A program made the position numbers and the translations under genes. A DNA stretch of 64,000 bases from an uncultured Eubacteriales bacterium (GTDB taxonomy: Bacteria > Bacillota > Clostridia > Oscillospirales > Acutalibacteraceae), in assembly GCA_934454845.1 (NCBI GenBank), contig CAKSGV010000006.1, forward strand, positions 12,898 to 76,897, written 5' to 3'. Under the pieces are notes generated by a model. The model saw only the letters and a list, made by a program, of their open reading frames with translations. It was not told the DNA's origin and made no database searches. Below, in pieces: positions 29,406 through 37,878 of this stretch; the first letter of the stretch is position 1; each line of letters begins with the position of its first letter.

Positions 29406-30203
29406 ATGAATACAAAAAATTTTTTTCAGATATCCGAGGCGGCTCAATCCTGCGGAGTTTCGCGCAGCACTATTATGCGAATGGAAGAAAAAGGATTGCT
29501 AAAACCTATCTACATTTCTCCCGAAAACGGAAGAAGATATTATGATAACCATAATATCGCACGGATATTGCAGATCGAAAAATTTAAAATAATGGGACTT
29601 AGCACCGCAGATATAATAGAATATTTTAATCGCGGAGGCGAGGCGGCTGATCTGCTTAAAATTCTTGAAAACAAACTTCACGATCTTACGCGCAGTGTGG
29701 AAGAATTGCGGATAAGAGCCGAAAAAAGCGGCAGCATATCAGTTCATATAATGAATTTACCCGAAGTGATATGTTGTATGAGAAAATGTGAGGGACACAC
29801 GATAAAAGAAAAATATGACGCTATGTATGATTTTTACAGCGAGTGTATTCGAAAAGGGTTTAAATTATCGAGTGAACCTATCTTTTCTATCTCAGAGCGC
29901 TGCGATTATCTTGACGGATATATCGGCGATACTCCATATCCTTTTTGGGTGGGCATTCCGATGATAAAAGAAAAAGCTCCTAAAGAAGCGGTAACCTTAC
30001 CTGCCTGCAAAGCACTTTCCGTGCTATATTGCGGCGGATACGAAGAAATCGACAATGCCTGGCTCACTTTAGGCAAAGAAGTTAAATCGAGAGGGTTAAA
30101 AGTAAAAGATTTTCCGCGTGTTTTAGGTATAGTCGCGCCATACACCGGCCGTGAGATAGAAACGCGCCGATACTGCCACCGCCTTGTCTTGCCGATAGAA
30201 TAA
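29406..30203 (+). CDS. MerR family transcriptional regulator with a GyrI-like effector-binding domain (BmrR-type)
   Basis: N-terminal FQISEAAQSCGVSRSTIMRMEEKGLLKP HTH, a coiled-coil linker, and a ~150 aa C-terminal GyrI-like region. Confidence 0.87.
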   Translation: MNTKNFFQISEAAQSCGVSRSTIMRMEEKGLLKPIYISPENGRRYYDNHNIARILQIEKFKIMGLSTADIIEYFNRGGEAADLLKILENKLHDLTRSVEELRIRAEKSGSISVHIMNLPEVICCMRKCEGHTIKEKYDAMYDFYSECIRKGFKLSSEPIFSISERCDYLDGYIGDTPYPFWVGIPMIKEKAPKEAVTLPACKALSVLYCGGYEEIDNAWLTLGKEVKSRGLKVKDFPRVLGIVAPYTGREIETRRYCHRLVLPIE

Positions 30204-30280
30204 ATTATTGCATATTTTATTGATTTTAAAGATAGATTAGACAATACAACCGAATAAATTTTTCCGCGCAGAATATTAAA

Positions 30281-30324
30281 AAAACCGTTGCGTGAACTGA
30301 AAAATCAGTTCACGCAACGGTTTT
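30281..30324. terminator. Bidirectional terminator between the merR-family gene and dut
   Basis: AAAACCGTTGCGTGAACTGA-aaaa-TCAGTTCACGCAACGGTTTT. Confidence 0.82.
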
Positions 30325-30334
30325 ATTTTTATAA

Positions 30335-30772
30335 TTATTTCCCTGTGCTTCCGAAACCTCCGGCACCCCTCTCGGTAGCGTCAAGCTCCTGTGCCTCTTC
30401 AAATTCAACGCTTAAATAAGGCATTATAACAAGCTGGGCAATTCTGTCGCCGTTTTCTATTATTTTAGGCTCGTCAGTATCGTTATGAACAGCGACGATA
30501 TACTCGCCTCTGTAATCCGAATCGGCAACTCCCACGCAGTTTGCAGGTCTTAGGCCTTGCTTTGCGGCAAGACCGCTTCTTGCAAAAATTGCACCAAAAT
30601 AACCGTCGGGCACTTCCACGGAAAGTCCTGTGCCTATCTTAACGGTTTTATGCGGCTCGATCTCAACCGATTCTGAATCAAGACAGGCATAAAGGTCATA
30701 TCCTGCCGCCTGCAAAGAGCCTCTGGTGGGAATTATCGCGTTGTTTTTTAGTTTTTTTATTCTTATCTTCAT
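30335..30772 (-). CDS. dut: dUTP diphosphatase
   Basis: AAGYDLYA...ARSGLA...DSDYRGE...RGAGGFGSTG, the trimeric dUTPase motifs. Confidence 0.93.
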   Translation of the reverse strand: MKIRIKKLKNNAIIPTRGSLQAAGYDLYACLDSESVEIEPHKTVKIGTGLSVEVPDGYFGAIFARSGLAAKQGLRPANCVGVADSDYRGEYIVAVHNDTDEPKIIENGDRIAQLVIMPYLSVEFEEAQELDATERGAGGFGSTGK

Positions 30773-30786
30773 CGATTTTTCTCCTT

Positions 30787-31308
30787 TTATAGCTCTAAAA
30801 GCATTATTTTACCCATAGACCTTGTCTTATTCATATCAATAAGTCTTTGATTTTCACTGCCACGAAATTTAAGGCGGATATTTTTTTTATCCTCTTCAAA
30901 TTTCCCGTCAACAAGAACATCGATATTATCAAGCAATTCTAAAGTGAACTGTGAATGGCAATAATCTTCTTCGCTTAAAAGCCGCTCTAAAGTAAATCCG
31001 GTGTAACACCAAATATTTTTTTTAGGGAGCTCGTTTTTTACCCTGTTTGTGAGTTTTAAAAGCTCTTCTTGATTTTTAGGTTCGAAGGGCTCGCCGCCCA
31101 GAAGAGTAAGTCCTGTTACAAAATCAGGCTTTAAAAGCTCTATTATCTTATCCTGCGTTTTTTGAGTGTAGAGCTCACCGAAATTGAAATCCCAGGTCTG
31201 TTTATTAAAGCAACCTTTACAGCGATTTGTGCATCCGGAAACAAATAGTGAAACCCGAACTCCTATACCGTTTGCTATATCCCTTTCTTTAATTTCACCG
31301 TAATGCAT
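30787..31308 (-). CDS. nrdG: Anaerobic ribonucleoside-triphosphate reductase activating protein
   Basis: GIGVRVSLFVSGCTNRCKGCFN radical-SAM activase motif, adjacent to nrdD. Confidence 0.93.
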   Translation of the reverse strand: MHYGEIKERDIANGIGVRVSLFVSGCTNRCKGCFNKQTWDFNFGELYTQKTQDKIIELLKPDFVTGLTLLGGEPFEPKNQEELLKLTNRVKNELPKKNIWCYTGFTLERLLSEEDYCHSQFTLELLDNIDVLVDGKFEEDKKNIRLKFRGSENQRLIDMNKTRSMGKIMLLEL

Positions 31309-31320
31309 AAAACTTTCCTT

Positions 31321-33495
31321 TTATAAGTGAAGAACTCTTTCCTTTATTTCCTGTGTTCTTCCCTGATTCCAGAACTGCGTGCCGATATAGCCGCAGGTTC
31401 TTCTTGCAACATTCATTTTATCCTGATCTGTATTTCCGCAGTCGGGGCAGACCCAAATAAGCTTACCGTCTTTATCCTCTTTGATCTGCATTTCGCCGTC
31501 ATATCCGCAAACCTGGCAGTAATCGCTCTTTGTGTTAAGCTCGGCATACATAATATGGTTATAAATAAATTTCATAACGCTTAAAACTGCCGGGATATTA
31601 TTCTGCATATCGGGAACTTCGACATACGAAATAGCTCCTCCGGGAGAAAGCGCCTGGAATTTCGATTCAAGCTCAAGCTTTTTAAATGCGTCTATTTGCT
31701 CCGTTACGTGGATATGATAGCTGTTTGTTATATAGTTTTTATCAGTAACGCCCTTGACGATACCGAATCTCTTTTGCAAGCATTTTGCAAATTTATAGGT
31801 CGTGCTTTCAAGAGGCGTGCCGTAAAGAGAATAGTCTATATTTTCTTCCGCTTTCCATTTGGCGGTGTATTCATTGAGCTTTTTCATTATTTCAAGACCT
31901 AATTCCTCGCCCTCTTTTTCGGTAAGCTTTTTGCCGATAAGAGAATACACACATTCCCAAAGGCCTGCATATCCGAGAGAAAGGGTTGAATATCCGCCGT
32001 GGAGATATTTATCAATGGTTTCGCCTTTTTTAAGTCTTAAAAGCGCGCCGTGCTGCCAAAGAATAGGTGCGGCGTCTGACAAAGTGCCGGTGAGCCTTTC
32101 GTGGCGGCATTTAAGAGCTGTGTGGCAAAGTTCCATTCTTTCATCGAAAATCTCCCAGAATTTCTTTATATCTTTCTGTGCGGAAAGACCGATATCAACG
32201 AGATTGACTGTGACAACGCCCTGATTAAATCTGCCGTAATACTTCGGCTTGCCGTTTTCATCGACATAAGGTGTCAAGAAGCTGCGGCAGCCCATACAGG
32301 TATAGCAGTGACCTTCGCCGTTTTTATCGATTTTATTTTCAAGCATAATTTTCTCGGAAATATAATCGGGCACCATTCTCTTAGCTGTGCATTTGGCGGC
32401 AAGTTCTGTCAAATACCAATAAGGGGAGTTCTCGGAAATATTATCTTCTTCAAGAACATAGATAAGCTTAGGAAATGCAGGCGTTATCCATACTCCCTTT
32501 TCATTTTTAACGCCTTGAATTCTCTGCTTGAGCGTTTCTTCTATGATCATAGCAAGGTCGGCTTTTTCCTGCGGATCCTTTGTTTCGTTAAGATACATAA
32601 ATACGGTTACAAAAGGAGCCTGTCCGTTAGTAGTAAGAAGGGTCACTACCTGATACTGGATCATCTGAATACCCTTGCGGACTTCCTCGCGCAAACGCTT
32701 TTCCACGATTTTTTCCAGCTTATCCTTATCCGTGCATCCTACCTCTTCAAGCTCTTCTTTGACAGACACAGTAATCTTTTCACGGCTGATCTGAACAAAA
32801 GGCGCAAGATGGGTTAAAGAAATGCTCTGTCCGCCGTACTGACTCGAAGCAACCTGCGCTATTATCTGAGTTGCTATATTGCAGGCAGTTGAAAAGCTAT
32901 GTGGCTTTTCGATTAAAGTTCCGCTTATAACGGTACCGTTTTGCAGCATATCCTCAAGATTTACAAGATCGCAGTTATGCATATGTTGAGCGAAATAATC
33001 CGCGTCGTGAAAATGGATAAGACCCTGCTCGTGAGCCTCCACAACATTTGAGGGAAGAAGGATTCTCTTTGTGATATCCTTACTTACCTCACCTGCCATA
33101 TAATCGCGCTGAACGCTGTTTACAGTAGGATTCTTATTAGAATTTTCCTGCTTTACTTCCTCATTGTTGCACTCGATAAGGGCAAGAATCTGCTCGTCAG
33201 TCGTGTTGGATTTTCGGATAAGCTGACGGTTATACCTATAAGTAATATATCTTCTTGCAACCGAGAAAGCCCTCTGATTCATTATCTGATTTTCGACAAT
33301 ATCCTGAATTTCCTCTACTCCAAGCGCTCTATTCACATTTCTTACCGCAAGCTCAACATCTTCGGCTATTCTTTTTATCTGGAGCTCGCTCATTCTTTCG
33401 CTCGGAACGACACTTTCATTTGCTTTTGTTACGGCAACAATGATTTTTGATGGGTCAAACTCGACCTCCGCGCCGCTTCTTTTAATGATTTTCAT
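31321..33495 (-). CDS. nrdD: Anaerobic ribonucleoside-triphosphate reductase (class III)
   Basis: 724 aa with an ATP-cone N-terminus, a C-terminal Zn ribbon CQVCGY...CPDCG, and the glycyl radical motif RRTCGYIG. Confidence 0.97.
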   Translation of the reverse strand: MKIIKRSGAEVEFDPSKIIVAVTKANESVVPSERMSELQIKRIAEDVELAVRNVNRALGVEEIQDIVENQIMNQRAFSVARRYITYRYNRQLIRKSNTTDEQILALIECNNEEVKQENSNKNPTVNSVQRDYMAGEVSKDITKRILLPSNVVEAHEQGLIHFHDADYFAQHMHNCDLVNLEDMLQNGTVISGTLIEKPHSFSTACNIATQIIAQVASSQYGGQSISLTHLAPFVQISREKITVSVKEELEEVGCTDKDKLEKIVEKRLREEVRKGIQMIQYQVVTLLTTNGQAPFVTVFMYLNETKDPQEKADLAMIIEETLKQRIQGVKNEKGVWITPAFPKLIYVLEEDNISENSPYWYLTELAAKCTAKRMVPDYISEKIMLENKIDKNGEGHCYTCMGCRSFLTPYVDENGKPKYYGRFNQGVVTVNLVDIGLSAQKDIKKFWEIFDERMELCHTALKCRHERLTGTLSDAAPILWQHGALLRLKKGETIDKYLHGGYSTLSLGYAGLWECVYSLIGKKLTEKEGEELGLEIMKKLNEYTAKWKAEENIDYSLYGTPLESTTYKFAKCLQKRFGIVKGVTDKNYITNSYHIHVTEQIDAFKKLELESKFQALSPGGAISYVEVPDMQNNIPAVLSVMKFIYNHIMYAELNTKSDYCQVCGYDGEMQIKEDKDGKLIWVCPDCGNTDQDKMNVARRTCGYIGTQFWNQGRTQEIKERVLHL

Positions 33496-33511
33496 CAGTT
33501 TCTCCTCCCGG

Positions 33512-33527
33512 ACACTAAATATTGTGG
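33512..33527 (-). promoter_or_regulatory. Candidate NrdR box in the nrdDG leader
   Basis: The minus strand reads CCACAATATTTAGTGT, close to the NrdR consensus acaCwAtATaTwGtgt. It lies between a TTGAAA-16-(TGg)TATAAT promoter and the SD. Confidence 0.4.
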
Positions 33528-33715
33528 TTTTAAAAACAGCATATCACTACTTATTGATTGTCAAGTGAATTTATTATACCACTTTTTATGAAATTTTCAA
33601 TAGTCAAAAAACATTTTTATTTATTTCATCATATATGACAAAACGTTTCATATTAAATTGTATATAATAACTACATATTGTATATGACAACTTGATAACA
33701 TAATATATATAGTAA

Positions 33716-33750
33716 CGCGGTTTGAAAAGATAACATCTTTTCAAACCGCG
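33716..33750. terminator. Hairpin terminator after the DUF2156-GNAT gene
   Basis: CGCGGTTTGAAAAGAT-aac-ATCTTTTCAAACCGCG. Confidence 0.65.
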
Positions 33751-33756
33751 TTTTAA

Positions 33757-35139
33757 TCATTCAAGCGTATCTTTAAAATACAATTCTTTTATTTCGCTTT
33801 GAAACTTTGCGAAATACATAAATCCTGATTTATCTTCCGGTTTTTTACAAAGCTTTTGCAGCTCTTTGTGCTTATCGGATATTTCTATATAAGCATTGCC
33901 TTTTAATTCCGCAGAATCAGCTGCTTTAAAGCCGCAGCTTTCATAGAATTTTTTTAAATCCTCATCTGCAGGCTTTAAAAAAACAAAAACAGCTTCATTT
34001 CGCATCGAGTCTTTAATAAGTTTTCGCATATATCCCTTGTTCCGCTCGGAGCTCTTTGTAACAGCACCGTAAATATAAACGGCTTTATATTCCTTATTAT
34101 TTAATATCAATTTGCAGTCTATCGCAAAAAGCATTGATACGGGCAAATTATTAATTTTTATCGATTTGATATTATCACCGAAATATTCAAAAAGCAATGG
34201 ATCATATTCCTTATCCCAGCCGAATGCGGAGCAATAAAGATCGATAAATTCATCGAATTTTGAATTTGTTTTCTTAAAACAATAATATTTTTTGATTTTT
34301 TTAACAGGATGATAAGAAAGCTTTGCTTTTCTAAGCCCCGGCAATCCCATATCATCTTCCCTGTTTAAAAACTTAAAATCCGATATTTCTCTCGCGGCAA
34401 ATTCACGGTTTATAACTGTATAGCCCGATTGATATTCACTGAGCGCTTTTTCAAAATGAACATCGGCTGTTTTTTCATTTAAAGCCGAGCCTATTGTAAA
34501 TGCAACAACTTCGCCTTTTACTCTTATAAGACCACCGAAAACGGGAAGCTTATCAAAATTATCAAGTATTTTTAAAATACCCTCACGCTCGCAGATAAGC
34601 TTTTCATCCGATTTATAATTATTCTGCTCAAACCATAAAATTGCGCATTTTTTCACATCTGGCGCATTAGAAGATGAAATGCTTTCATATTGATAGTTGT
34701 AATTTTTAGAAAAATTCGCAATATGGTTTCTTTTTGAGTGATATTTTTTACCATTTAAAAAAGCAAGATCGGAAGCGGCATAAAGATAATCGTCATTATC
34801 AGGTGTATAAGCGAAATGATAATGATCCTTATACTCTTTTTTGAATTTTTCAAAATTCTCTCCCTCTATCGCCCTAATATCGGGAAATTCTTCTTCTGCC
34901 GCGCTTTTAATAACATCAAAGCTTTCTGTGGAATAATGCGGAAGAAGATACAAATAATCTTCTTTTTTCTTTCCGTATCGGACTATTAAAACCCCGTCTT
35001 TCACGGCATATTTTATCCCGAAAAAATTTTGCCAGACAAAAAAGCTTATAAAAGAGGTTTCGCAGGAGTCCGAATTAAATGAGGATAAAAATCCGTTTAC
35101 TTTTTCACAGTCTTTTATTTGAAATTCCGAAAATTTCAA
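33757..35139 (-). CDS. DUF2156 (MprF C-terminal-like) domain protein fused to a GNAT acetyltransferase domain
   Basis: The N-terminal ~290 aa resemble standalone DUF2156 proteins (CETSFISFFVWQNFF...KRNHIANF...INREDDMGLPGLRKAKLSY). The C-terminal ~150 aa carry GNAT motif A (YIYGAVTKSSERNKGYMRKLI). Confidence 0.68.
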   Translation of the reverse strand: MKFSEFQIKDCEKVNGFLSSFNSDSCETSFISFFVWQNFFGIKYAVKDGVLIVRYGKKKEDYLYLLPHYSTESFDVIKSAAEEEFPDIRAIEGENFEKFKKEYKDHYHFAYTPDNDDYLYAASDLAFLNGKKYHSKRNHIANFSKNYNYQYESISSSNAPDVKKCAILWFEQNNYKSDEKLICEREGILKILDNFDKLPVFGGLIRVKGEVVAFTIGSALNEKTADVHFEKALSEYQSGYTVINREFAAREISDFKFLNREDDMGLPGLRKAKLSYHPVKKIKKYYCFKKTNSKFDEFIDLYCSAFGWDKEYDPLLFEYFGDNIKSIKINNLPVSMLFAIDCKLILNNKEYKAVYIYGAVTKSSERNKGYMRKLIKDSMRNEAVFVFLKPADEDLKKFYESCGFKAADSAELKGNAYIEISDKHKELQKLCKKPEDKSGFMYFAKFQSEIKELYFKDTLE

Positions 35140-35201
35140 GATCTCAATTCCTTTATAACATAAACTGAATATATTTTATCACAAAAAAATGTTAAATTCA
35201 A

Positions 35202-35873
35202 TCATATAACATAAAAGAAAATACAGAAAAACTGCAGTATACTTCCTATTACGACAAAAATATGAAATACAGAATGCATATATCTGTGCTTTGAGCCGAG
35301 ACCGTAAAGCACGGCACCGACGGTATAGGAAATTCCTCCGAGAAGCAGGAAAATAAGGCCGGGCAAAGCAACAGTTTTAATAACGGGTTTTGCAAAAAAG
35401 ACCACGCACCAGCCGGTGAGAATATAGCAGATCATAGAAAGCACGGAATACTTTTTAAGGTCGATCGCAGTAAAAACGCAGGCAGTGATCAAAAATCCCC
35501 AAACAAGCCCGAATAAAGTCCACCCTAAAGCCATGGAATATTTTCTTACGGCGCAAAGAGCGATAGGCGTATAAGTTCCGCCGATAAGAAAATATATCGT
35601 GCAGTGATCTATCACCTGCATAACCTTTTTAGGCATACCTTTTATAAGTCCGTGATAAACGCTTGACATTGTATATAATACCACCATACTCGCTCCGTAT
35701 ACACTGCAGGATACCACGGCATACGCGTCTGAAACGATCGCCGCTTTTATAACACAAAGCACCAATGCCGCTAAGCCGAAAGCTCCTCCGACAATATGCG
35801 ATACCATATTAAAGATTTCCTCACCCTTTGTGTAATCGGGCAGTTTTCTGTCCGAAAGCTTTGTTCTTGACAT
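35202..35873 (-). CDS. Hemolysin III / PAQR family membrane protein
   Basis: 7 TM segments, N-terminal EEIFNMVSH and C-terminal HSVFHIFV histidine motifs. Confidence 0.87.
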   Translation of the reverse strand: MSRTKLSDRKLPDYTKGEEIFNMVSHIVGGAFGLAALVLCVIKAAIVSDAYAVVSCSVYGASMVVLYTMSSVYHGLIKGMPKKVMQVIDHCTIYFLIGGTYTPIALCAVRKYSMALGWTLFGLVWGFLITACVFTAIDLKKYSVLSMICYILTGWCVVFFAKPVIKTVALPGLIFLLLGGISYTVGAVLYGLGSKHRYMHSVFHIFVVIGSILQFFCIFFYVI

Positions 35874-36009
35874 AACTTTCCTCCCTGATTTGTTTTTTTA
35901 TATTATAATCGCCTGTTTTATAAAAAGTAAACCTACAAAGAATTTATCTCCTATACTGAAAATTATTATTGAGTAGAATTGGCGGATTTACTTCTACCGA
36001 TAGTAGAAA

Positions 36010-36037
36010 AGCGCCTGAGAAAGTAATCTCAGGCGCT
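36010..36037 (-). terminator. Intrinsic terminator after the MMPL operon
   Basis: AGCGCCTGAGA-aagtaa-TCTCAGGCGCT hairpin, 15 nt past the stop. Confidence 0.7.
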
Positions 36038-36051
36038 AAAGAAATGAGAAA

Positions 36052-37878
36052 CTATTTATCTGCTTTAATGGAATCGGTTTTATAAACGAACTTAACGCTT
36101 CCATCCATTTCATCCGAAATACCGGAGAAAGATTTATAATTCTTTGAAACATCAACCGTGGCTTTCGCTCTTACAACAAGATTCCTTACATCGCCGTTTG
36201 CAAGATCGGTGATCTTTTTGATGCCTTGTTCGTTAAACTGCTTAAGTCCGTCGTTTAAACTTCCGGCACCGTCTTTAAGCTGACCGACACCGCTCTTTAA
36301 AGCGGGAAGCTTTGAAGAAAGCTCGTTTACTCCGCTCTGAACCTGACTTACGCCTGCGGTGTATTTATATATTCCTTCGTAAAGCTCTTTGTATCCGTCA
36401 AGCTTACTTAATGCCGCATCTATCTCGGGTTTTAAAGTGGATTTTGCAAGAGTAAGGCGAAGACCGTTTATTGCCATTTGTCCCTGAGCGCCGAGTGCAT
36501 TAAAAGTCTGTATTGCTTGATTGCGCAGCGTATCGTTTAGCATAACCGCTTTAACGGCTTCTATTGCTTCCGCCTGAGTTATCTGAGGATTTGAAGCATA
36601 TTGCTGATAGAGTACAAAAGTAGCTACATCATATAAGCTGTCAGGCACTCCCGCGTCTGCAAGAGCATTATTTAAAGATGTTTTTGCTATTCCTACAAGC
36701 TGTGAAGTCTGAGTGGCGTTAGGCGAAGCGACAAGATTATTTAAAACCGAATTGTAGTTTTCAATAGTAAGATTATCAATGGTGATACCCTTTGAGGTAA
36801 TAGTTTGATAAGCGTTATCAAGAAGACCGTTAAACACTTGGGTTGCACCGGAAGTAAGATTGCCGTTTTGCGAAGTAAGCTCGGATAAGCCTGAGGCTAA
36901 TTTATTTACGCCTGCAATAAGCTCGTCTGATTTGCCGAGAAGTGTAACAAGACCGGAGTAAAGCTGTGAGGAACCTTCGGTAAGCTGTGTCATAGCCGAG
37001 GTTACCTTTGAAAGCTGTTCTTCAAGCTCGGATACGGAATTCACCTTAGAAGTATCGATCTCATTAAAAAGATTGTTAGCCGCTATGGTTACGGTGTTAG
37101 ACATTTTAAAGTTCTTCACATCGGCTGTGATTTCAACATAATCGGGAATATTGAGTTTATCCTTTGAAATATTGAGGTTACTCTGAAGTCCGGGGAATGC
37201 AATACCTGCAACGGCGGAATGATCGCCGTCGTTTATGATCTTGCCGTTTGTAACTTCAATATTTGTGAAAACATCGTTGTCAAGAAGCATTCCTGTAAGC
37301 ATTGCAAAAGGAACATAGATTTTCTCATCCTTGCCGTCGATATTAACGGTTTCATATTGATTATTCGAATAATCGTACCTGACGGTTACTTTACCGCTCT
37401 TTCCTGCGAGCTTATCGGGAGAGATCTCCTTGCCGTCAAGCTTATAGGAAACCGAAAGCTTAACGGGAAGCTCTTTATCTATACTGCCCTTGTAATAAAT
37501 ATCGTTGCCCTGAGCATCCCATACTTTCATATTATCGGAGCTCATAGTATAAGTTTCATCGCCCTTGACATTTTCAGCGTCTTTAAGTTCGGATTTATCC
37601 GTAAGCTTTGCGGCATTCAAGGAATTTTTTATCCAATCGCTGACAATTATTTTCTCAACGCTGCCGTCTGCTCCTGCAATAACATAAACAGTTTCGTTTT
37701 TCTCGGCTTTTGAAGATAAGGTTTCAGCCTTTTCTTCCGTAGCGGCCGCAGTTTTTTCGGTATCATTTTTCTTTCCCGAAGTTACCGCTATTGCGGTGAC
37801 GGCACTGCTCAACACAACTGCCGCACCGAGCAAAGCGGAAATAGGTCTTATTAAACTTTTTTTATCAAGATGTTTCAT
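36052..37878 (-). CDS. N-terminally anchored surface protein with YhgE/Pip-like coiled-coil repeats
   Basis: 608 aa with a signal/anchor helix and repeated L-x-x-G/S heptad-like blocks (QLYSGLVTLLGKSDELIAGVNKLASGLSEL; VQSGVNELSSKLPALKSGVGQLKDGAGSLNDGLKQ). It has a 4 nt overlap with the MMPL gene. Confidence 0.6.
   Translation of the reverse strand: MKHLDKKSLIRPISALLGAAVVLSSAVTAIAVTSGKKNDTEKTAAATEEKAETLSSKAEKNETVYVIAGADGSVEKIIVSDWIKNSLNAAKLTDKSELKDAENVKGDETYTMSSDNMKVWDAQGNDIYYKGSIDKELPVKLSVSYKLDGKEISPDKLAGKSGKVTVRYDYSNNQYETVNIDGKDEKIYVPFAMLTGMLLDNDVFTNIEVTNGKIINDGDHSAVAGIAFPGLQSNLNISKDKLNIPDYVEITADVKNFKMSNTVTIAANNLFNEIDTSKVNSVSELEEQLSKVTSAMTQLTEGSSQLYSGLVTLLGKSDELIAGVNKLASGLSELTSQNGNLTSGATQVFNGLLDNAYQTITSKGITIDNLTIENYNSVLNNLVASPNATQTSQLVGIAKTSLNNALADAGVPDSLYDVATFVLYQQYASNPQITQAEAIEAVKAVMLNDTLRNQAIQTFNALGAQGQMAINGLRLTLAKSTLKPEIDAALSKLDGYKELYEGIYKYTAGVSQVQSGVNELSSKLPALKSGVGQLKDGAGSLNDGLKQFNEQGIKKITDLANGDVRNLVVRAKATVDVSKNYKSFSGISDEMDGSVKFVYKTDSIKADK

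Noticed and set aside
26744-30330. Looked for a direct repeat of the tRNA-Leu 3' end (attL/attR-type) that would delimit an integrated island containing the barnase/barstar cassette.
   Set aside because: No copy of more than about 6 nt of the tRNA 3' segment was found by eye downstream, and there is no integrase. Island boundaries therefore cannot be claimed.
33536-33551. Second NrdR box candidate (ACAGCATATCACTACT on the plus strand), 24 bp from the good box.
   Set aside because: It matches only about half of the consensus positions and the spacing is not the usual 31-32 bp.
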